Shown one piece after another: positions 7,794-14,255 of a stretch of 14,255 bases of DNA. Below the pieces are notes generated by a model. The model was not told the DNA's origin. It did not search any database and was given only the letters and a program-made list of their open reading frames with translations. Position 1 is the stretch's first letter; every line of letters starts with the position of its first letter. Position numbers and translations under genes: made by a program. The DNA is from Candidatus Eiseniibacteriota bacterium (lineage in GTDB: Bacteria; Joyebacterota; Joyebacteria; Joyebacterales; Joyebacteraceae), in NCBI GenBank assembly GCA_043819135.1, contig JBDRFG010000037.1, forward strand, positions 1 through 14,255, written 5' to 3'.

Positions 7794-10695
7794 CTATCTG
7801 ATCAGAACGAGTTTCCTCAGCTGACGGAAGCCGGAGCTCTCCATCTTGAAGAAGTAGACACCGCTTGCGACGGAGCTGCCACTGTCGCTCCGGCCGTCCC
7901 ATGAGACCGTGTGCAGTCCCGCGTCGAACTCACGGTTACACACCGTTCGAATGCGCCGTCCGCTGAGATCGTACACTTCAATGCTGACATGTTGGCCGTC
8001 TGTTCCCGTGGCGAACGCTATGTCAGTCGACGTTCTGAACGGATTCGGCGTGTTGGGCAGCAGAGCGACGAAGCCCTCAGTGGTCGTCGTCCGGTCACCC
8101 GCAACGTCACCCCGGCCTCCCGACTGACAGTTATGACCGAAATGCGAGGTGAAGATACCGAAGTCCGTCGGGTTCCACTCGTCGTCTCCGTTCAGATCGG
8201 CAACCCACTCCTCTGCCGCGTACGCGGTGGCGAACATGCCGAAGTCCACGCTATCAACGTCGCCGTCTGCATCCATGTCTACAGATCTGACTGCCTGGCC
8301 CACCCCAGCAATGTCAATGCCGCTCACTTGTGGTAGCCAAACGGCAGCCTGGTCGGCTCCGCCTGTCGGAGGCAATGTAATGAGGAGGTCTCCATTCTCG
8401 TCGGATTCGTAGAACTCCTCTGGGCGATAGACGTGCGAGCTCTCTGAGTAAGCTTGGCACTCCTCGGGGAACACCGGAGGGTCATAGTGCGTTCCCGTGG
8501 TGCTGATACGGATCTTGATGTCAGTAGATGGCACGCCCGCTAGAGGCTGGCCGAAGTTATCGACGAGATGCAGTAGGACCGCCAGCGTGTCTTGGTCTGC
8601 CGCCGGGCACAGGCAAGGCACACCGTCCGGTGCTTCAGTGGTGGGCACTGCTCTGCACGTGGAGGCTCCCGGGTCGAGCACAACTCCGGAGAGCTCGTAC
8701 GCCCAACTGACCAGCAGTGGGTCAGTTGGTATCCAGCCCTTATACTCCCATCCAGGGGGATCCTCTTCATACCATTCGTAATAGAACGTCTTCAGCGTGC
8801 ACTCGCTGTCGGTCATGCTTCCGTTGACAAGCTTGCAGTGACCCATCACGAGTTCGGGGGCGATTTCGGGCAGCGACCCGTACCCAATATCATTGAAGGA
8901 GAGCGACGAACATGCTCCACTCGATATCCTCGAGAGACCCCACGCATCCGGAGTTCCTGTGAATTGCTCCGATAGGAGCGGCACTGTCTTGGTGAGTCTG
9001 TGTTGCACGAACTTCTGGCGGTTCCCAGACTCGCCAAGGCGATGCACCACGTTTGTCTCTTCCATCGTGTCGTATCCGTACGCCCACCGCACCTGCAGAT
9101 CGTAGGGTGACCTGAGTCGCATCAGTGCCTGAAAGGCACTCACCCGGCCCCACCCTGTCTCCTCATCCCACCCAGGATAGGCGTATGTATTGTTGATCGC
9201 ATCCTCGTACACGAGGTCCGTGGCCGACGCACAGATGATGCCCTCAACTTCCTCATTTGTGAGGTAAGGGTCCTCCGCGAGCAGCAGGCACGCTACGCCC
9301 GAGGTCAGCGCTGCGGCGCACGATGTGCCACCGAAAGATGCCACGCTCTCCCAAGAACCGCACGGCCCGTACATGGCCTCTGCCGTCCAGTGCAACCTAC
9401 CAGGGGCGACGACATCGAGGCTCTGCCCGTACATGGACTCGAACCGTGCGGAGCCATCTTCATCTTCGTAGATGGGCTCCCACGTCACGCGCTGATTGTT
9501 GAAGCTCATCGCTCCCACATTGATTACCCCCTGTTCTACATCTGCGGGGAAATGCCGCGCGGTTGGATCTTCGCCAGGCCAGGTGACGTTGCCCTTTGAG
9601 GCCACCATCGTCACTCCTTGCTGGAATGCGTTGATCATGGGGTACCAGAGGGTCTTGTAGGAGCTGGGCCAGTCGCCGCCGAACGACATGTTCACGACAT
9701 CCGCTCCGTCAACGACTGCGGAACCAAGCGCCGCTGCAGGCATGACGAAGGAGCCATGGCGCACGGTAGGACAGTATGCGAGACCCGGTACTCCCACCGC
9801 CGTACTCATCCTGCCACCCACCGGCCACACCGGCGGCTCCACCATCCCATGTGCCGGGCGTGCGGTTGTTGGTGATTCCTGCGGCTGCCGATGCCACCAT
9901 GGTCCCGTGTCCCTCACTCCACAAAGGGGGGCAGCAGTAGTCGTATGGGTCTTCCCCAGCCGTGGGACTGCAGCCAAGACCGTCTGGGTCTATGAGGTTG
10001 AACCCCCCTACTACGATGCAGCCTGCGCCGAAGCACAAGGCGCCAGGGGTGGGCGACAGGTCAGGGTGATCGTAGCACACACCGGTGTCGATGATGCCTA
10101 GCAGGATATCCTCGCTGCCCGTTTGGAGCTGCCATGCTCTCTTGACATCGATGTCAGCGTGCCTAACGGAGTCCTCGTGCTGGCCGGTGTTGAACAGACC
10201 CCACTGGTGGTCATTCTCCAGCATCGCGTCGTTTGCGGGAGGATCGTCCCAGGCATCAGGCTCCAGGATTGGCAGCCGCTCTGCGAAAACGACTGACGGT
10301 TCCTCTTCAAGCGCGCCAACGAGTGCATCGAGGGAGCGCTCGCCATCAAGGTGAAGCAGGAAGATCTGCGACAGGTCTATGACGCGCACCATCTCCCCCG
10401 TTCTCGCCTGACGGAGCGTGTCGTGAGGGGCGAATCCCTTGAAGATTTTCTCGACTCTGAGTACGCCGTGATCCCCCATCAATTGCTCCACCTCCGGGAC
10501 GAAGAACGCCACGGAATCCAAGGGCGCCGGGGCCATCTCGTTCGGGAGATCAACGACTCCGTGCATGAACATGACAGAGATTCTATCGGGATCAAGTTGC
10601 ACCAGTGCTTCTTGTGCCATTGAGCTGCCTGAGGAAAAGAGCAGCAGCCCCACACTTATCGCGAACACGCGGACCGCGGAGCGTGGTCTCAACAT
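7794..10695 (-). pseudogene. Frameshifted S8 (subtilisin-family) serine protease with prodomain, Ig-like, dockerin-like and FlgD-Ig/T9SS-like CTD domains, copy B
   Basis: ATG 10695 with AAGGAGG at 10707..10701 and signal peptide. Catalytic Asp (IIDTG, 10089) and His (HGTMVA, 9909) lie in ORF 9709..10926; oxyanion Asn (ASKGN) and Ser (GGTSCA, 9323) lie in ORF 7794..9977. Span is 2902 bp = 3n+1; removing one base at 9756..9762 gives a 966-aa protein collinear with the paralog. Could be a sequencing error. Confidence 0.85.
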
Positions 10696-10741
10696 GGCAA
10701 CCTCCTTTGGGTGAAGTGCCGCCGGCCTTGAGGGAACCCAT

Positions 10742-11884
10742 TCAGGGGAGTGTACGCAGCTGCGCAGGCTCCCCGGTCCGTGGTGAGCGATACAGGGCCT
10801 TGATTGCACCCCAGGACGAAGGCCGGACGGGCACCTGAGTACAATTCTCATCCAGGCACCAGGGGTCGAAGTCAACGCACGACTCAAGAGAGGGGTCGTC
10901 GTTGCAGTCGACGATCCTGGCCTCAATCTCTAGAGGGTCAGTAATACCCCACCAGTTTGCCTCAGCGTCGATGTCCTCCCAAGGCGAGCAGTAGGCTAGC
11001 ACCCCAATCTCGATGTTGACCGCGTTGTCGAGGAACCGGTTGCCGTGCAAGATTCCCAAACAGAGCTTCGCTCCGACATCCTTGCCCTGTATCGTGTTGC
11101 CGAGTAGGGTGACCTCGCCGGAGGCGCCCCACGACGTGACGCCTATTCCGATCGCGTCCCGCTCGCCCGCAGGATTGCCCCCTGCCACGCCAATGGTGTT
11201 CAACTCAATGAGCACAGGAAATGCCCCCGGCTCGTCTATCATCACGCTTATGTGCCCTTCGACGGTGTTGCCGACGACATCTCCTCCTGATCCACCGATG
11301 AACACGATTGAGCCATCGCCCACAGTGTTGTTGAGAATCGATGGAGCCGACCACTCCCTGCAGTAGATCCCATCGAGCCACTCGACCATCACATTGGAGT
11401 CAATCAAAGGCGAGCTGTCGTAGCACAGCACACTTGTCCGGAGCCCCCAGCCCATCCAGTCAGTGAAGATGGTGAATCCGATCAGGGCCGTCTCGGGGCC
11501 GCACTCATCGAAGTAGATGGCGGCCTCCACACCCAATCCCTCAATGGTCGTGGAGTCCGCGCCAGCCGTGCTCCGCAGGACGACACCGTCCTTCATGATG
11601 ACAGCTGCCGAGTTCATCCCCGTACCATCGTGCATGTCGACATAGAGAGCCTCGGAGTAGACCCCAGGCCGCACCGCGAGAGTGTCTCCGAACACCGATG
11701 CGTCCATTCCCTCGCTGATGAGTGAGAACGGGAACTCTGAGCTTCCGTCGCCGGATCCAGGGGAGGCGTCGTCGTCGACGTAGAGCGTGCTGGCATGACC
11801 ACTGCCAAGGGGCACAGTCAGGTGTAGCACGGCTAGCACAACAGCCAGAGCCATTGAATCACCGTGCCGACGCTGCGGTCTCAC
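10742..11884 (-). CDS. Secreted right-handed parallel beta-helix protein with [10 protein letters not shown] motif plus 14-aa extension, copy A
   Basis: GTG 11884 with AGGAGG at 11896..11891. Signal peptide ALAVVLAVLHLTVPLGSGHA. Same motifs as 6599..7696; the last 70 aligned residues are 60/70 identical between copies (hand count). Confidence 0.88.
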   Translation of the reverse strand: MRPQRRHGDSMALAVVLAVLHLTVPLGSGHASTLYVDDDASPGSGDGSSEFPFSLISEGMDASVFGDTLAVRPGVYSEALYVDMHDGTGMNSAAVIMKDGVVLRSTAGADSTTIEGLGVEAAIYFDECGPETALIGFTIFTDWMGWGLRTSVLCYDSSPLIDSNVMVEWLDGIYCREWSAPSILNNTVGDGSIVFIGGSGGDVVGNTVEGHISVMIDEPGAFPVLIELNTIGVAGGNPAGERDAIGIGVTSWGASGEVTLLGNTIQGKDVGAKLCLGILHGNRFLDNAVNIEIGVLAYCSPWEDIDAEANWWGITDPLEIEARIVDCNDDPSLESCVDFDPWCLDENCTQVPVRPSSWGAIKALYRSPRTGEPAQLRTLP

Positions 11885-11957
11885 AATCGGCCTCCTGCCG
11901 CGCGCTGCGACGCACGTCAGCGCTCAGCCCAAGTCTAGTACACTCAGCTGCACGGCG

Positions 11958-14255
11958 CTAGCGCAGAAGCACGAGCTTCCTCTGGTGGCGGAATCCAGAG
12001 CTCTCCATTCTGAAGAAGTACACGCCTGAAGCGACCTGATTGCCACCCTCGTTCCGACCGTCCCAGGACACCGTGTGCAGACCTGACTCGAAGCTGTCGT
12101 CACACAGCGTCTGCACGAGCCGTCCCCTCAGGTCGTACACTTTGATACTGACTCGCTGCGTCGCGTCTCCTACCGCGAACGCTATGTCGGCGGAGGCAGC
12201 GAAGGGGTTTGGCGTGCTGTGCAGAAGGGCGACAAGACCCTGCTGTTCCTCCAGATCATCATGCTCCCCGCGAGCACGCGCGCCTGACAGGCAGTTGTGG
12301 TTGTAGTGTGAACTGAACAACGAGAAGTCCGAAGGTCCCACATCCCAGTTCCCGTCCAAGTCAGCAGCCCATTCCTTTGCTGCGTACGCGCTGGCAAACG
12401 AGCCGAAGTCAACGCCGTCAACATCACCGTCGGCATCCATGTCCACAGATCTGACTGCCTGGTTCTCTACACCGATATCAGTGCCGCTCACATGAACCAT
12501 CCAGAGTGCGCGTTCGTCGGCCCCGCCCGTCGGAGGTAGTGTAACGAGGAGGTCTCCATTCCCATCGGACTCAAAGAACTCCTCTGGGCGATAGACGTGC
12601 GAACTCTCAGAGTAGGCCTGGCAAGCCTCTGGGAAGGATGGCGCCGAGTTGTACGGACTTAGCGTATTCACATAGATATTGATGTCCGTCGAAGGCACTC
12701 CAGCTAGAGGCTGCCCAAGGTTGTCGACGAGATGTAGTAAGAGCGCCAGCGTGTCTTGGTCTGCGGCTGGGCAGAGGCACGGCACGCCGTCTGGTGCCTG
12801 TGTCATGGCAACAGCCGTGCAGCTTGAGGCATCTGGATCGAGCACAGTACCGGAGAGCTCGTAGTGCCAGCCGATGAGCCCAGGGTCTGTGGGCAGCCAG
12901 CCCCTGTAGATCCATTCCCCATCTTCCTCTTGGTACCACTTGTATCCGAAGGTCTTGAGATCGCATGAATTCTCTGTGATGCTCCCCTTGACCACCTTGC
13001 AGTGCCCCATGACCAGCTCGGGCGCCATCGGCGAAGCCTCTCTGTCCCACGCGGTAAGCAGTGAGCAGGCACCGGATGACACCCGTGAGAGTCCCCACAC
13101 GGCTGGAGGCTCGGTGAAGTAGTCGCCCCCTAGTCCCACGGTCTTCAAGAACCTGTACTGCTCCAGGGAGTCGCACTCACCGCCGTTCTCGAATTCGTAA
13201 GTGACTCCCGTCTGCTCCATGACGTCATAGCCGAATGCCTGGCGCACTTGGAGCTCATACGGTGCCCTCAGGCGCATCAATGCCTGGAATGCGTCCACGC
13301 GTCCCCAACCGGTCTCTTCGTCCCAGCCGGGGTCGGCATATGAGACATTGACGGGGTTTGAGTAGACGAGATCCTTCGCTGACGCGCCTATTATGCCCTC
13401 GACCTCTTCGTTTGTGAGCAGCGGGTTCTCGGACAGCAGCAGGCACGCGACGCCCGATGTCAGCGCAGTCGCGCAAGAAGTACCGCCGAACTCCGTGAGA
13501 TTAGGATAGGACCCGCAAGGGGAGTCCATTGCATCCGCCGACCAGTGGACTACACCAGGAGCCACGACATCGATGTGCGATCCGTACATAGACTGCCACG
13601 GAGTCGGATTCTGTCCCCAAGTGCCCCAGGTGACGCGCTCGTCGTAGTAGGTCGATGCACCGACTGCCACTACTCCCTGCTCCGCGGCTGCTGGCCACCA
13701 AGGCTCCGTGAGGTCATCTGTGACGTCGTATGAGTTGCCCATCGCTGCGACCATCGTTACTCCCTGCTGGAAGGCGTTGATCATGGGATACCAGAGGCTC
13801 TTCCAGCTGCTGTTCTGTGACCACATTTGGCCGAAGGACATGTTCAGCACATCGGCTCCGGAAAGGACTGCGTGGTCGATCGCTTGGCCGGACATGTAGC
13901 TCGGTCCTAGAGAGCGATAGGCCAGTATCAGAGCGCCAAGGTCGGTGTTCGAGTAGTCCCCTCCCGCCACGCCCGCGACACCTCCATCCCAAGTGCCATA
14001 CTCCCAGTTGTTGCTCAAGCCGACAGCGGCAGCGGCCACCTTCGTGCCATGGTCATCCTGTGGACTGAGGCAGCAGCCATATGGCCATTCGCCAAGGCAG
14101 TCATCCGGGTCAAGGAAGTTGACGCCACCGACGATCTTACACCCCAGCCCGAAGCACTGCCAATATGGATCCGGAGACAGATCTGGGTGGTCAAAACAGA
14201 CGCCGGTATCGATGACGCCGAGGAGGACATCCTCGCTTCCCTTCTGAAGCTGCCA
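11958..14255 (-). CDS. S8 (subtilisin-family) serine protease with Ig-like, dockerin-like and FlgD-Ig/T9SS-like CTD domains, copy A (5' end outside window)
   Basis: The frame of ORF 11958..14039 stays open to the window edge (WQLQKGSEDVLLGVIDTGVCFDHPDL...DDHGTKVAAAAVG). Triad Asp 14210, His 14051, Ser 13478 (GGTSCA); NMSFG, AAMGN, IDVVAPG and GWGRVDA motifs. CTD ends KLVLLR. Confidence 0.93.
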   Translation of the reverse strand, partial: WQLQKGSEDVLLGVIDTGVCFDHPDLSPDPYWQCFGLGCKIVGGVNFLDPDDCLGEWPYGCCLSPQDDHGTKVAAAAVGLSNNWEYGTWDGGVAGVAGGDYSNTDLGALILAYRSLGPSYMSGQAIDHAVLSGADVLNMSFGQMWSQNSSWKSLWYPMINAFQQGVTMVAAMGNSYDVTDDLTEPWWPAAAEQGVVAVGASTYYDERVTWGTWGQNPTPWQSMYGSHIDVVAPGVVHWSADAMDSPCGSYPNLTEFGGTSCATALTSGVACLLLSENPLLTNEEVEGIIGASAKDLVYSNPVNVSYADPGWDEETGWGRVDAFQALMRLRAPYELQVRQAFGYDVMEQTGVTYEFENGGECDSLEQYRFLKTVGLGGDYFTEPPAVWGLSRVSSGACSLLTAWDREASPMAPELVMGHCKVVKGSITENSCDLKTFGYKWYQEEDGEWIYRGWLPTDPGLIGWHYELSGTVLDPDASSCTAVAMTQAPDGVPCLCPAADQDTLALLLHLVDNLGQPLAGVPSTDINIYVNTLSPYNSAPSFPEACQAYSESSHVYRPEEFFESDGNGDLLVTLPPTGGADERALWMVHVSGTDIGVENQAVRSVDMDADGDVDGVDFGSFASAYAAKEWAADLDGNWDVGPSDFSLFSSHYNHNCLSGARARGEHDDLEEQQGLVALLHSTPNPFAASADIAFAVGDATQRVSIKVYDLRGRLVQTLCDDSFESGLHTVSWDGRNEGGNQVASGVYFFRMESSGFRHQRKLVLLR

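Larger units (their letters stand above)
6599..14255 (-). repeat. Diverged tandem duplication of an [S8 protease + beta-helix protein] unit: unit B 6599..10695, unit A about 10742..>14255
   Basis: Same gene order and collinear proteins. Exact DNA blocks survive, e.g. the 28-mer AGAACTCCTCTGGGCGATAGACGTGCGA near 8411 and 12575. The intergenic spacers are not alignable by eye. Confidence 0.92.

Noticed and set aside
6008..8120. RGD motifs as integrin-binding (host adhesion) sites
   Set aside because: The paralog has RGE, the motifs sit in pre-CTD linkers, and nothing indicates an animal host; treated as possible processing sites instead.
9770..9977. N-terminus of ORF 7794..9977 (MAAVPRLGKTH...) as an independent protease start
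   Set aside because: It is the off-frame reading of the true His-containing region. The product would lack the signal peptide, Asp and His; a frameshift explains the data better.
10772..10786. SPRTG as an LPxTG-like sortase signal
   Set aside because: No following hydrophobic helix or basic tail, and it lies in a read-through extension created by stop loss.
10696..10926. Upstream extension of ORF 9709..10926
   Set aside because: Overlaps the beta-helix gene in another frame; a strong AAGGAGG and a signal peptide identify ATG 10695 as the start.
11902..11923. Small hairpin GCGCT(GC)GAC-GCAC-GTC-AGCGC upstream of the copy A beta-helix RBS
   Set aside because: Short GC-rich stem expected by chance, and not conserved in the equivalent spacer of unit B.
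1..14255. CRISPR array, integron attC cassettes, DGR template/variable repeats, tRNA or rRNA, IS elements
   Set aside because: No regularly spaced short repeats and no attC-like sites between genes. Mismatches in the acr3 repeat are not adenine-specific, and no reverse transcriptase, integrase or transposase ORF is present.

Overview
GC-rich bacterial window with one housekeeping-type gene (acr3 arsenite efflux pump, 2..1201) followed by six genes that all encode exported proteins with C-terminal addressing signals. On the + strand are a 7-bladed beta-propeller protein and a 1024-aa HExxH metallopeptidase-like protein, both ending in a FlgD-Ig/T9SS type A-like C-terminal domain (CTD). This pair is bracketed by a direct duplication of the acr3 3' end (1082..1183 vs 6501..6602; first 56 bp identical), the layout of an attL/attR integration into a gene, but no integrase lies between the copies. 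On the - strand is a tandemly duplicated two-gene module: a subtilisin-family (S8) protease with Ig-like, dockerin-like and CTD domains, then a parallel beta-helix protein ending in [10 protein letters not shown]. The two inner genes of the tandem each carry a lesion: a +1 frameshift in one protease and a TGA>TCA stop loss in one beta-helix gene. The domain vocabulary suggests an FCB-related candidate phylum such as Eisenbacteria, Krumholzibacteriota or Latescibacterota (inference only). No RNA genes, CRISPR arrays or transposases were seen.
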